This document shows, in pieces, positions 40,803-51,182 of a stretch of DNA of 64,000 nt. Location: NCBI GenBank assembly GCA_045560825.1, contig JBJKYX010000034.1, positions 18,120 to 82,119 of the forward strand, written 5' to 3'. The DNA is from Candidatus Azotimanducaceae bacterium (GTDB lineage Bacteria > Pseudomonadota > Gammaproteobacteria > Pseudomonadales > Azotimanducaceae). The notes under the pieces are model-generated. The model saw only the letters and a program-made list of their open reading frames with translations. It was not told where the DNA came from and made no database searches. Every line of letters starts with the position of its first letter. Positions within the stretch are counted from its first letter, which is position 1. A program made the position numbers and the translations under genes.

Positions 40803-41972
40803 CTAGATAGACAAGTCTTTTAGATTGTAATCTTTAATGACCCTGTTCCAATTTTCAGAATTGTAGGTGAGCGATTCCTCTCGACCCATCAAGGGTTGGT
40901 AGGCGTAGCGAGTTTCGTCGGGATAGAACTGCGAACGTGCATCAATAGCAACTCCAATCACTTCCGATCTCTCAAGAATTCTCCGCTCGTCGTAAACGAT
41001 ATCGGCGCTCTCAGCTAAAGCGCCCTTCGAGCCTAAAATTGACGACCGGCGGTGAAAGCCAAAAGTTAACGAAATTCGAGTTTCCGAGGAGGTATTCGCG
41101 AAAGAACAGTGCAGCGCCTGCCGATTTACAATAGTGACATCTCCTTGCTTACAGTGCAGAGGTACTGCATCAGGTAATCGCTCTCGATCCGGATTTTCTT
41201 CCACTCTTTTTCTAATGTCGATTCTGCCTAGCTTGTGTGTTCCAGGTACTACCCATAGGCAGCTCCTAGGGCTAGTTGGATACAACTGGACCTGAAAATT
41301 AAATCCATGTATGCCTTCGTCCCATTCCTCTGAATCCCAGTGAGTCACACCATCCTGATGCCAAGACACGGAGCCTCCCATGCCAGGCTGTTTTACAAAA
41401 GTGGCATCATTATAAGGAACAAAATCATCTCCATTTATTGACGCAGCTATCGTCAACAAATCAGGATGTCCATAAAGGCGCAAACCAGACTCCATTGTCT
41501 GACACATCCCGGACATGATAAATACCACCTTTTCCGGCAAACCTTCTTTCGGCTTTGGCTGTGACATTTGAATTGGGTGGCGACCATTTAACAACTCGGT
41601 TCCGCCCCAAGGATCGGATAGAGGTTTCACCAATTGATAAACCGGCCTCGCAAACTCCTGACCGAAGGCCGCTCGGCCTTTGCCGTCCACCTTAGCACCA
41701 TTATCAATCGGCGCTCGGTCGAGCAATTCACTCATCTCAGATCGAAGCTGTTCGATCTCAGCAACATCAACCAAGTCCTCAAAAACATAGAAGCCGGTCT
41801 CCCAGTAAGCCTTTAAAATATGTGACGCCAGCTTCCCTCGACTATCAAAAGCTATCGGGCCACGATTTCCTAAAGCGTAAGATCGAGAGGTCCCCTGCTC
41901 GACATACAATTCCATTGTTTCCGCATGATCTTCCGCGTGTTGCGTTTGCTCAGACATTGGTAATCTCTCCAC
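40803..41972 (-). CDS. PhyH family 2OG-Fe(II) dioxygenase
   Basis: VSWHQDG, WVVPGTH, GDVTI..LHCSFAN, RISLTFGF. Confidence 0.85.
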   Translation of the reverse strand: MERLPMSEQTQHAEDHAETMELYVEQGTSRSYALGNRGPIAFDSRGKLASHILKAYWETGFYVFEDLVDVAEIEQLRSEMSELLDRAPIDNGAKVDGKGRAAFGQEFARPVYQLVKPLSDPWGGTELLNGRHPIQMSQPKPKEGLPEKVVFIMSGMCQTMESGLRLYGHPDLLTIAASINGDDFVPYNDATFVKQPGMGGSVSWHQDGVTHWDSEEWDEGIHGFNFQVQLYPTSPRSCLWVVPGTHKLGRIDIRKRVEENPDRERLPDAVPLHCKQGDVTIVNRQALHCSFANTSSETRISLTFGFHRRSSILGSKGALAESADIVYDERRILERSEVIGVAIDARSQFYPDETRYAYQPLMGREESLTYNSENWNRVIKDYNLKDLSI

Positions 41973-42105
41973 GCCAATCCTCTGTTACTCCTCGATACTA
42001 GCACTCAATTCATTTCTTGTACTACTACCATCATCTTGAACTAGCGAGAGGGAAAATCTGTTAAGGTAAACGGATCGTCATGATTAATTCTATTAGGGAG
42101 GATTA

Positions 42106-43275
42106 TTGAAAACCTTGACAATCACACCACTGGTCAGAATAACGGTAGGCGCTTTTATTTTAATTGGCGCCTACGCGTGCAACACGCCTACAGCAGACGA
42201 TGCATCGATCAGTTCGCCTGAGGTCGAGATACAACTGCACGACCTCCAATCTGAAATCCGAAACGAAGTAGTTCCGGTCTCAGTCATTCTTCCGCCCAAC
42301 CACAGCGAATCCGATAAAGACCTGCCCTTACTGATACACCTCCATGGCGGCGGCGGCGACCGGAACTCACTGACCCGCCTGTCGAGTCTCTATACTCAGA
42401 TGTTTAACAATGAGACTCTGCCGTCCATGGTGATCGTCTCGTTTTCGAGCGGCCCGGGAAGTTTCTACCACGGCTCCTGGGAAGACTTCGTGACCAAGGA
42501 GTTACCGACTTGGGCAAATCACACTTTCGGTACGTCTCTGGATCCGGATAAAACCCTGATGACCGGTATCTCAATGGGCGGCTATGGCACCCTAAAGATT
42601 GCCTTCAAGAATCCAGATCGCTTTAAGGCTATCGCGCCAATGGAGCCCGCGATCATGCCCACCCTCGAGTGGCCAGAAGAAAACACTCGCGCTTCCTGGT
42701 GGTTACCAAAGGCTTCTGTAGAAGCAATTTGGGGTGACTCGTCGGGTACCGAAAAATTTCTGCGAGATAACCCGGCCAATCTGGCCCGCAGTAACGCACA
42801 AAAAATCAAAGCACGTAACCTCGATATCTATCTCGAGGTCGGAGATCAGGATTTCATCCAACTGCAGGACGGCGCAGAATTCTTGCACCGAGTGTTATGG
42901 GATCACGACATCCCACACGAGTACCATCTTGTAAGATGGGCGGACCACGTAGGACTGAGCATGAACGATCGAATCATAGAAGCGCACGCCTTTCTCGCGG
43001 CATCATTGAAAGGCGGAAAGGCAGAGCCTATTGATTTAGTGCTCACTGAGGCAGAAAGGGCCTACGCTGAAAACGCGATGAGTGGTACCAATGAGGAAGG
43101 CAACAGCGATGATCAAAATGGAGGAGAGGGAGAAGCAAATCAACTGCTATCGAACCCCGAGCGAGCTCCCTCGGTCCACGCGACTCTCTGGAGGCCACTC
43201 AAAAATCTGGCTGCAGATGACCCAGACATGAAAAGGACCTATGGAATACTCCCTGACACCCAGGCTAGTCCTTAG
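42106..43275 (+). CDS. Esterase (S-formylglutathione hydrolase-like), probable lipoprotein
   Basis: Lipobox-like AYAC; LHGGGG, GISMGGYG, VGDQD, ADH. Confidence 0.8.
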   Translation: MKTLTITPLVRITVGAFILIGAYACNTPTADDASISSPEVEIQLHDLQSEIRNEVVPVSVILPPNHSESDKDLPLLIHLHGGGGDRNSLTRLSSLYTQMFNNETLPSMVIVSFSSGPGSFYHGSWEDFVTKELPTWANHTFGTSLDPDKTLMTGISMGGYGTLKIAFKNPDRFKAIAPMEPAIMPTLEWPEENTRASWWLPKASVEAIWGDSSGTEKFLRDNPANLARSNAQKIKARNLDIYLEVGDQDFIQLQDGAEFLHRVLWDHDIPHEYHLVRWADHVGLSMNDRIIEAHAFLAASLKGGKAEPIDLVLTEAERAYAENAMSGTNEEGNSDDQNGGEGEANQLLSNPERAPSVHATLWRPLKNLAADDPDMKRTYGILPDTQASP

Positions 43276-43319
43276 TTTTTTCAATCCAACATTTTCAGAT
43301 TATTAAGCGAATCAAGCAT

Positions 43320-44363
43320 ATGAGCGAACCAGAACAGAACACAGTTACTCACTCTAAACCAGCACCCATCGTCTTAGGCGCGGTAGCCTTCGGAAAACCC
43401 AAGCCCACGACCCGCGATCATCCTCTGTCATCAGATGAGTCTTGTGACAGTTTGCTCAAGCTCTTCTACGAGCGAGGAGGACGAGAACTGGACACTGCTC
43501 GTGTATATCAGAACGGCAACTGCGAAGGCGTGCTCGGCAGACTAGATATCGCTAAGAAAATCCGAATCGCTACCAAATATAACCCCCACTTACCGGGGAC
43601 TCCGGAGCAACAGCTAGATGAATCTCTCGCTGCGTTACAACAAGATTCCGTACCCATCTTTTATCTCCACATGCCCGCTACCAACATCGACTTGGAAGAA
43701 ACCCTCGCGTCCGTACAGGCAGCTTACGAGGCAGGAAAATTTGAAGAGTTCGGTCTGTCGAATTTTCCGGCCTGGCAGGTAGTAGAGATATTACAATACT
43801 GCCAACGAAAGGGTATTGTCTTGCCCACCGTCTACCAAGGCGTCTATAACGCTCTAAATAGAACTTCCGAATACGAGCTGGTCCCAGTTCTACGAAATTA
43901 CGGAATCAAATATTACACTCACGGTTCACTGGCCAGCGGTTTTCTTACCGGCAAATATCAGAAGGGCGTAGCGCCAGTAGCAGGTGTCGATCGTTTCGCG
44001 CAAAAACGAAGAATCACTCAGTACGAGGAGCGATACCTAAAACGAGATGAAATGTTTTTGGCCCTTGATGCAATCTCAAGCGCCTCGTCTGCTGCGGGCA
44101 TCGACAGCATTTTAGAGGCCGCCGTCAGATGGACTCAATATCACTCGGCGGCAGACGGCAGTCGTGGAGATGCGGTACTGATAGGCGTCTCAAGGATCGA
44201 GCAACTCACACCAATCATGGACGCTTCAGACAATGGCCCGCTTCCCAAGCCTGTTCTGGAGGCATTTGAACAAGCAAGCGAATACGTGAAAATGAAATCG
44301 GAGTATTACTTACAGTACCCCTACCCCAAGGAGGGAAGCCCCTGGAACAACAGGCTCGGCTAA
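43320..44363 (+). CDS. Aldo/keto reductase (aflatoxin aldehyde reductase AKR7-like)
   Basis: LDTARVY, IATK, FYLHMP, GLSNFPAWQV, PTVYQGVYN, LASGFLTGKY, GDAVLIGVS. Confidence 0.85.
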   Translation: MSEPEQNTVTHSKPAPIVLGAVAFGKPKPTTRDHPLSSDESCDSLLKLFYERGGRELDTARVYQNGNCEGVLGRLDIAKKIRIATKYNPHLPGTPEQQLDESLAALQQDSVPIFYLHMPATNIDLEETLASVQAAYEAGKFEEFGLSNFPAWQVVEILQYCQRKGIVLPTVYQGVYNALNRTSEYELVPVLRNYGIKYYTHGSLASGFLTGKYQKGVAPVAGVDRFAQKRRITQYEERYLKRDEMFLALDAISSASSAAGIDSILEAAVRWTQYHSAADGSRGDAVLIGVSRIEQLTPIMDASDNGPLPKPVLEAFEQASEYVKMKSEYYLQYPYPKEGSPWNNRLG

Positions 44364-44401
44364 AAGCAAAACTATACAGTTAGTTTCTCCCTTAAACCAA
44401 A

Positions 44402-44881
44402 CTAATGCTCTCTTGTCGCCTTAATTTGTTCAGTATTAAAGCCCAGCCAATGCATGTGACCAAGATATCTAGCGTGTTCTATTTTGATGCAGCGGTCGAC
44501 GACACTCTGCATGCCCCCATTGGTTGCAATAGCCACCCCTTCAGAACTTATGACACCGAACTGCAACCAAAGAAACTCCGCACCTATCGCAACGGCCTCC
44601 TCAGCAATCTCCGGAACTGCCCCTGGATCCCTAAAAACATCGACAACGTCGACTGACCCTGGAATCTCCGTCAAATTGGGATAACAAGTCAACCCCAGTA
44701 TTTCTGTCTCTCTCGGGTTGACCGGCACCACATCATAACCGTTACGTAAAAGGTAGAAGCCAACAAAGTAACTAGCCCTTAGCTCCTTTGAAGACATTCC
44801 CACCACAGCAACTCTTTTTCTTGCCAGGGCAGCTCTTATCACACCAGGATCTTGCCAGTCTTCCAAGTTCAACTCATGCAC
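44402..44881 (-). CDS. CoA-binding protein (YccU-like)
   Basis: VAVVGMS, PVNP, VDVFR, WLQFGV, DRCIKIEH. Confidence 0.9.
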   Translation of the reverse strand: MHELNLEDWQDPGVIRAALARKRVAVVGMSSKELRASYFVGFYLLRNGYDVVPVNPRETEILGLTCYPNLTEIPGSVDVVDVFRDPGAVPEIAEEAVAIGAEFLWLQFGVISSEGVAIATNGGMQSVVDRCIKIEHARYLGHMHWLGFNTEQIKATREH

Positions 44882-44909
44882 CTTTCTAACCCCCTCTTAT
44901 CTCGCAACA

Positions 44910-46220
44910 TTAATTTAAATTATCCAAGCCAGACTTCAAATCTGATATCAAATCATCAGAATCCTCAATCCCGATCGATAATCTAATTGTCCCTGGACCG
45001 ATACCTGCATCAAGCAGTTCTGAATCAGATAGTTGTCGATGCGTTGTTGAAGCAGGGTGAATGACCAAGCTCTTTGCATCTCCCACATTAGCCAGATGAC
45101 TGAAGAGCTGTAGATTTTCAATAAACCTTATTCCTTCCTTGCGTCCCCCTGCTAAATCAAAGCAAAACACGGCTCCCCCGCTTCCTTTCAGATATTTATG
45201 AGCAAGTTCTTGTTGCGCCGGCGTTGAATAGTCTACGTAATGAACGTTCTCTACCCTATTAGAGCCGTGCAAAAACTCCGCTACAGTCGACGCGTTACGA
45301 ATATGCTGTTGCATTCTCAATGGTAATGTTTCAACACCTAGACCAATCAAAAATGCGTTGAAAGGACTCATACAAGCACCCAGATCGCGCAAGGTCTCAG
45401 CTCGCAACTTCATCAAATAACCAAAGGTACCGAAGGTTTCGTAAAACTCTAGATCGTGATACGCGGGTGATGGCTCGGCGACAATCGGAAAGCGTCCATT
45501 AGACCAATCAAATTCTCCCGACTCGAGTACGATACCTCCAATTGACGTGCCATGGCCACCCAAAAACTTCGTGACAGAGTGGACAACAATATCAGCTCCC
45601 CACTCCATAGGCCGACACAAATAAGGAGTCGCAAAGGTGTTATCGACCATTAAAGGCACTTCATTTTCCTTCGCTATTTTGGAAATAGCTTCGATGTCGA
45701 GAATAACACCCGAAGGATTGCCTATGGTTTCTCCAAATAACAGCTTGGTATTTCCTTTTATCGCATCTTTCCATTGATCAAGCTCTATCGCGTCGACAAA
45801 ATCCAAGTCAACGGAAAGTTTTCTCATTAAATGCTTCAACTGGGTCACGCTTCCGCCATACAATGATCTCGAAGCCACGATATGATCGCCAGGCTGCAGT
45901 AAAGTGAAAAGAGCTGCACTCTGAGCGGCTAAACCACTAGCGAATGCAACGCCCCCCACAGCCCCCTCTAGGTTCGCTATTCGCTCTTCCAGGGCGGCTA
46001 CGGTTGGATTCATGATTCTTGAATAAGTATTGCCATACTCTTGCAAGTTGAAGTACGCGGCTGCCGAATCCGGACTCTCGAAGACGTAACTCGTAGTTTG
46101 ATGAATCGGTTGAGCTCTGGAACCTGTAGTAGCATCTGGTCTTGCGCCGGCGTGTACAGAGCGAGTTCGAAACCCATTAAATTCGTTATTGGAGCCCAAC
46201 TTAAATTCCTCCCTAGCCAA
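44910..46220 (-). CDS. metY: O-acetylhomoserine aminocarboxypropyltransferase / sulfhydrylase
   Basis: PIHQTTSYVF, YSRIMNPT, HSVTKFLGGHG, HLANVGDAKSLVIHPASTTH. Confidence 0.9.
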   Translation of the reverse strand: MAREEFKLGSNNEFNGFRTRSVHAGARPDATTGSRAQPIHQTTSYVFESPDSAAAYFNLQEYGNTYSRIMNPTVAALEERIANLEGAVGGVAFASGLAAQSAALFTLLQPGDHIVASRSLYGGSVTQLKHLMRKLSVDLDFVDAIELDQWKDAIKGNTKLLFGETIGNPSGVILDIEAISKIAKENEVPLMVDNTFATPYLCRPMEWGADIVVHSVTKFLGGHGTSIGGIVLESGEFDWSNGRFPIVAEPSPAYHDLEFYETFGTFGYLMKLRAETLRDLGACMSPFNAFLIGLGVETLPLRMQQHIRNASTVAEFLHGSNRVENVHYVDYSTPAQQELAHKYLKGSGGAVFCFDLAGGRKEGIRFIENLQLFSHLANVGDAKSLVIHPASTTHRQLSDSELLDAGIGPGTIRLSIGIEDSDDLISDLKSGLDNLN

Positions 46221-46490
46221 TCCTCTCGTGGTTACTGTTCACTATAGATTAACTTGCGTCAAATATTGCGTTCTAAATTTCCTAGCAATTATATTTAGTA
46301 ACTGGGGGAACACACGAAAGACCAGGAATAGGCACGGAGACAACTCCATACAAAAACTCAGAACACTACTTCTTTACAGCAGATAAGTTCAAAAAAGAAA
46401 TTCAACAGTATTAAGCAAAAGTATCTATCTCTTCATTAACGGGCGACGAGGTTACTGATCAAATCAGTTTAGTAACCCATAAAGTTAAGC

Positions 46491-47522
46491 TTAAATTTCT
46501 ATGAGTTCGGGCAAAACCGAGTGATTAAAAACCTCATCCTGCAAACTCAGGTGGAGCATCTCAACACCCAATTCGCGGTATTCATGAATCCTACTCAAAA
46601 TTGTTTTTGGCGACCCTATCAGACGGCTTGCATAGCCTTCGTTAGTATCTAAGACACTCAGAGGATCGTCTTCGTCACCCCACATTCCTCTAGCGCCAGA
46701 GGTTCTGGTTTTCCGTTTTTCCACAAGATCCTTATTAACTCGACCAAGCATGTCTTCGATTGCTGCCCAGGCTTCTTCATCCGTTTTACGGCATAGCGGC
46801 GCAGCGTACATTGCAAAACGGACCTTTCGACCCGTCAGACGAGTTGCCGCTTCCACTCGCTCGATAACACTAGAAATTCTCTCTAAAGATCCACCATTTA
46901 AGAACATCCAATCTGAATGCTTAGCCCCCAATTCAATTGCAGCATCACTCTGCCCTCCCTGAAACACTTCAAGGTTACTTGTAGGCCTAGGCTCTAGTTG
47001 CAGATCGTCCGCTCGGTAATATTGGCCTTCATAATTAAACACTTCGTTTGACCAAGCGCCCCTGATCAATTCAATAAATTCTGCCGAACGCCGATAACGT
47101 TCATCATGTTCTAACTTGTCAACACCATACATGTCAAACTCCTGCATATTCCAACCGCTAGTCACATTAATGCCCCATCTGCCTCGGGTAAGGTTGTCTA
47201 TAGTCGTAGCCCATTTAGCAATGCTAGTAGGGTTGAAGAAACCAGGATGAATCGCAGTAATCAAGTTCATTTTTTTAGTGCAGGCCGCAAAGATTGCGGT
47301 CATCGCGAGACAGTCTAGAGAGGACCCTTCAATTTCCTGGCCAGTGCCCCACCAACGTTGCGCGATCAGAAGATCGCTTACCCCTAGATTCTCATAGTGT
47401 GTAACTAATTTTGTGGTCAGCTCGAACAGCCCTTCTCCGCTTGGAACCGAGAGAGGCTTAGCATCCCTCTCTATTATCCGAGTACCCTGAAAAGTGGTTG
47501 GAGCCCAAGTACAAGTTCTCAT
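46491..47522 (-). CDS. LLM class flavin-dependent monooxygenase (SfnG/SsuD-like)
   Basis: LLIAQRW, AIHPG, NVTSGW..EF, HDERY, FQGGQS, LIGSP. Confidence 0.85.
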   Translation of the reverse strand: MRTCTWAPTTFQGTRIIERDAKPLSVPSGEGLFELTTKLVTHYENLGVSDLLIAQRWWGTGQEIEGSSLDCLAMTAIFAACTKKMNLITAIHPGFFNPTSIAKWATTIDNLTRGRWGINVTSGWNMQEFDMYGVDKLEHDERYRRSAEFIELIRGAWSNEVFNYEGQYYRADDLQLEPRPTSNLEVFQGGQSDAAIELGAKHSDWMFLNGGSLERISSVIERVEAATRLTGRKVRFAMYAAPLCRKTDEEAWAAIEDMLGRVNKDLVEKRKTRTSGARGMWGDEDDPLSVLDTNEGYASRLIGSPKTILSRIHEYRELGVEMLHLSLQDEVFNHSVLPELIEI

Positions 47523-47787
47523 GTTGCCATCCTAAAGGAGAGGTTTATTCCTACGCTAATAATCGTTAATTATTTCATTAGAACCAGATAGCTCTGTAAT
47601 AGTTAGAGCCTTTAATTCGATCGCAGTTTAATCTCAACACTTAACAGGCTGGAAACCAACAGGGTAATGTATCAGCACACTAACTTTGTTATCTTTACTG
47701 GCAACCAAGAAACAATAAATTAATCTACAAATTCCACTACTGGACATCCGCCGCTAAAGAGCGTCTTTAAAAGGGAGAAATCAAACG

Positions 47788-49653
47788 ATGGCACGACGAA
47801 AAAGCCATAAAAGCCATAAAGGAAAAAGCCGGCAAAACAGTACACTCCTTCAAAACAGAACGCTTCAAGGCATCGGGCTAATTTTGCTGACTTTGTTTCT
47901 CGCAGTTTCATTATTTGAAACACAGTCAGCGTCTTCTCCAACACTAGGAGGCCTTGGCTCCTTAGCGGGCACGTTCTTGAATTATCTCTTTGGCTTCGCC
48001 TCTTGGCTAATAATTGCTTGGCTTTCAGCGTTTACGTATTTTTGGCTAAGATCGAGGCAGTCTCCCCTTATGCTAAAATTACCGTCATCTCTTCTGTTAC
48101 TTGCAAGCGCAGGAATTTTGGGTTCTTCAGGCGGACTAATAGGCGAATCATTATCCTTGTTACTTGAAGGTGCTATAGGCACCTGGGCTTCCAAGCTACT
48201 ATTCCTGATCATATCAGCGCTCTGTCTGATCAAGTTGAAGGGATATTCCAATCAACAGATAACAGATTTTTTCAAGAAATCTAGGATTAATAGGAACCAA
48301 AGTGCCGAGGGAAATTCTTCTCAAGAAAGAACAGGGCAACTCTCTGACAATATAAATTCAAGAGACCAAAACCAGGAACGCTCTTCTAAAACCAAGCACC
48401 AAGAAGTTGATTCAACGCCGGCTATGCAAGAGCACCAGGAAAGCGTTGAGGACACTATTACCGCTACAGAATCGAAACAGTCTTCTCCAAAACGCTTCGA
48501 TTCTCGTCCCACCCCCACTAACTATAGTATCCCTAGTTTTGAAAATTTGAACTCAATTGCTGAAGATAGCGGACCATCAGAGAGTGAATTAGAACAAACA
48601 GCAGAAGATCTCAGAAGGGCATTAGTGGGTTTTGACATCAAGTCAAAGGTAGTTGATTGGATGGTCGGGCCGATGGCTACCACTTTCCACATCGAACTGT
48701 CAGTAGGAGAGAGGGCGAAGAACATTGAAAACAGGCTTACAGACATAGAGCGCGCTATGGGGCTCGATGAGGATTGCATAAGACTGGCCGGAAACGTTGC
48801 GGGCAAAAAGAACACGATTGGAATAGAAATTCCAAATAAACAAAGACGAATCTGCGTGATCAAAGAAGCACTCTCTCACGACTCCTTCGTAAGCAGTAAT
48901 CAGTCCTTACCCATAGCTTTGGGAGTGGGTATAGACGGAGATAAAATCTGCGAGGATCTAGCTGAATTTCCTCACCTGATGGTGGCGGGGTCAACCGGAT
49001 CAGGCAAGTCAGTAGCTTTAAATGGGATTATTTTTTCGCTGCTGTTTAAAAAAACGCCCGCAGAACTGCAATTAGTGCTGATCGATCCTAAAGCCGTGGA
49101 ATTCTCTCCTTATAAAGAGATTCCCCACCTATTGACGGACGTTGTTACCGAGATGGAAGAAGCCGTCGATGTTCTACAAAAATTGTGTGAAGTAATGGAC
49201 GAACGCTATGAACTTCTCGAAAAAAATTCAGTCAGAAATATTGACGAATACCACGATTTAGTCGGGAACACTGAGAATATGCCTTTCATAGTGATAATAA
49301 TCGATGAGCTCGCTGATCTCATGATGACCCAAGGAAAACAGGTCGAAGATTTAGTAGGCAGATTATCGCAAAAAGCTCGAGCAGCAGGCATGCACCTCGT
49401 TTTAGCGACTCAGAGACCGACCTCAGATGTTATCAAAGGGCTTATCAAAACAAACGTACCGGCAAGATTGGCATTTAGAGTAGCAAACAACGTCGACTCA
49501 AGAGTAATTATCCAGGAAAAAGGCGCCGAAACTCTAATGGGTTTGGGAGATTGTTTGTTTCGAACCCCAAGAAAATCAGGACTAACTCGTATTCAATCCC
49601 CCCTAGTAACGGGCGAAGAAGTTCGAAACGTTGTTGGTCAGCTCAGCTTCTAA
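47788..49653 (+). CDS. ftsK: FtsK/SpoIIIE-family DNA translocase lacking the C-terminal gamma domain
   Basis: N-terminal TM helices, linker, PHLMVAGSTGSGKS, LIDPK, IIIDELADLM, LATQRP, GAETLMGLGD; ends right after the motor domain. Confidence 0.75.
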   Translation: MARRKSHKSHKGKSRQNSTLLQNRTLQGIGLILLTLFLAVSLFETQSASSPTLGGLGSLAGTFLNYLFGFASWLIIAWLSAFTYFWLRSRQSPLMLKLPSSLLLLASAGILGSSGGLIGESLSLLLEGAIGTWASKLLFLIISALCLIKLKGYSNQQITDFFKKSRINRNQSAEGNSSQERTGQLSDNINSRDQNQERSSKTKHQEVDSTPAMQEHQESVEDTITATESKQSSPKRFDSRPTPTNYSIPSFENLNSIAEDSGPSESELEQTAEDLRRALVGFDIKSKVVDWMVGPMATTFHIELSVGERAKNIENRLTDIERAMGLDEDCIRLAGNVAGKKNTIGIEIPNKQRRICVIKEALSHDSFVSSNQSLPIALGVGIDGDKICEDLAEFPHLMVAGSTGSGKSVALNGIIFSLLFKKTPAELQLVLIDPKAVEFSPYKEIPHLLTDVVTEMEEAVDVLQKLCEVMDERYELLEKNSVRNIDEYHDLVGNTENMPFIVIIIDELADLMMTQGKQVEDLVGRLSQKARAAGMHLVLATQRPTSDVIKGLIKTNVPARLAFRVANNVDSRVIIQEKGAETLMGLGDCLFRTPRKSGLTRIQSPLVTGEEVRNVVGQLSF

Positions 49654-49694
49654 ATACCCAACTTCCTAATCGCACCTCCATCGACCAAGAATAG

Positions 49695-50434
49695 CTATAC
49701 AATATTTTTAATGCCATTTGAGATGCCTTCACGCGCCCACCCTCTCCAGGGTAACGTGAAGAATCGAAAACCTCTCTCTATTAAGCCTTTAGGCTCCAGT
49801 TCTGGAGGCACCAAGTACAGTCCGGGAACTACTCCCGCGTTTATTGATGCTTCAGCTATTCGATTTAACGCGTCTTGATATTTAGGATTTGTGTAATCCA
49901 GAGCAACGTCCAAATTGATTGATAGATCGGAGGGTCCTATAAGGAGTACATCTATTCCTTTAACAGCAAGTATTTCTTCGATAACGTCTAAGGCCTCGGC
50001 AGTCTCAATCATTGGTACTATTAGAAGTTGTTCATTTACAGCATCCATATAATCACGGTAACCATCAAACTCACCCCGCTCATGCCAGCTGAGCTGCCAA
50101 CACCCTCATGAGGGTACTTGCACCAGCGCACCATATCCTCGACTTCTTTCGCGCTATTAACCATTGGAACAATGATCCCCTTAGCGCCTTGGTCCAGCGC
50201 ATAGCAAATCTGATCTGCGCGGTTTTCCCCTACCCGAACAATCGGCACACCCTCTCGGCCTCGCATTGACCTTATAACAGCTCCTAATTGCTTTATCTCG
50301 ACTGGCGCGTGCTGAGTATCAAAGAGTAAAAAATCGAAACCTGAATCCGCTAAAAACGCCACGTCATCACCAGGAAAAGCGGCTGAACCTATCACAGCGC
50401 CACCCCCTCCTAAAATCTCTTTCACGCGATTCAT
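49695..50434 (-). pseudogene. HpcH/HpaI aldolase family protein, frameshifted near 50070-50082
   Basis: FDTQHAP, LDQGAKGIIVPMV in one frame; GEFDGYRDYMDAVN..MIET..IGPSDLS in another. Confidence 0.8.
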
Positions 50435-50687
50435 ACTGCCCCTTCTGTCTATAGATCCCAAAGCGTTATCTACAACAGCAAAAAACCGTGATTGGTAGAA
50501 AAAAGGTCATTGGTATAGAAGGGTTTAAGTTAAACAGTAAGGTAAACCCCATCAAGTCTTCGCGTTCGTTCTTGAGATTAAAGAACCAGATTTCGTAGAG
50601 ATTGATTTTATTAGCAACAAGATTACTTTTCATTACGCCAATATTTGGCATACTCAAAGCACCTGTTTAGATAAGAGGTTATTTGTC

Positions 50688-51092
50688 ATGAACCTTGTTA
50701 AAAAAATTCTATTGATCGTTTTGATAATCTATATCGGTATCGTGGTGATTTTTGAATCTTGGTTGGGTTATTCACAGCCTCAAGGAGAGGGCATGGTAAC
50801 CATAAACACAACAAGTGACGAAGGTACTACCAGCGGACGAGTGGTTTCCTTGTTAAAAAGCAAGGACAACTTTTATATAGCGCGCAATCATTGGCCCAAA
50901 AGATGGTACGACCAAGCTCTCGCCAATCCAGAGATAACTGTTGAATCGGCGGGCACGACAACTAGTTATTTGGCGGCACCCGTAACCGGAGACGAATACG
51001 ATCGAGTGGATTCTGACAATCCTCTCCCTGCCTTTTTCAGATTTCTCACTGGATTCCCGCCAAGGTATTTTATCCGATTGGACCCGAGGTGA
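50688..51092 (+). CDS. Membrane-anchored deazaflavin-dependent nitroreductase-like (split beta-barrel) protein
   Basis: N-terminal TM; WY..ALANPEITV pattern; ends FIRLDPR. Confidence 0.55.
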   Translation: MNLVKKILLIVLIIYIGIVVIFESWLGYSQPQGEGMVTINTTSDEGTTSGRVVSLLKSKDNFYIARNHWPKRWYDQALANPEITVESAGTTTSYLAAPVTGDEYDRVDSDNPLPAFFRFLTGFPPRYFIRLDPR

Positions 51093-51182
51093 TTCGTTGC
51101 CATAATACAAAGGTGAATCTCCTAAGAAGTTAATTGTCATTCGCTTTCTAAGGTCAGTTAGCCTAATCATTAAGGAACTGTA

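Noticed and set aside
46221-46490. SAM riboswitch upstream of metY
   Set aside because: No SAM-I, SAM-II, SAM-V or SAM-SAH consensus recognisable by eye; an Rfam scan would settle it.
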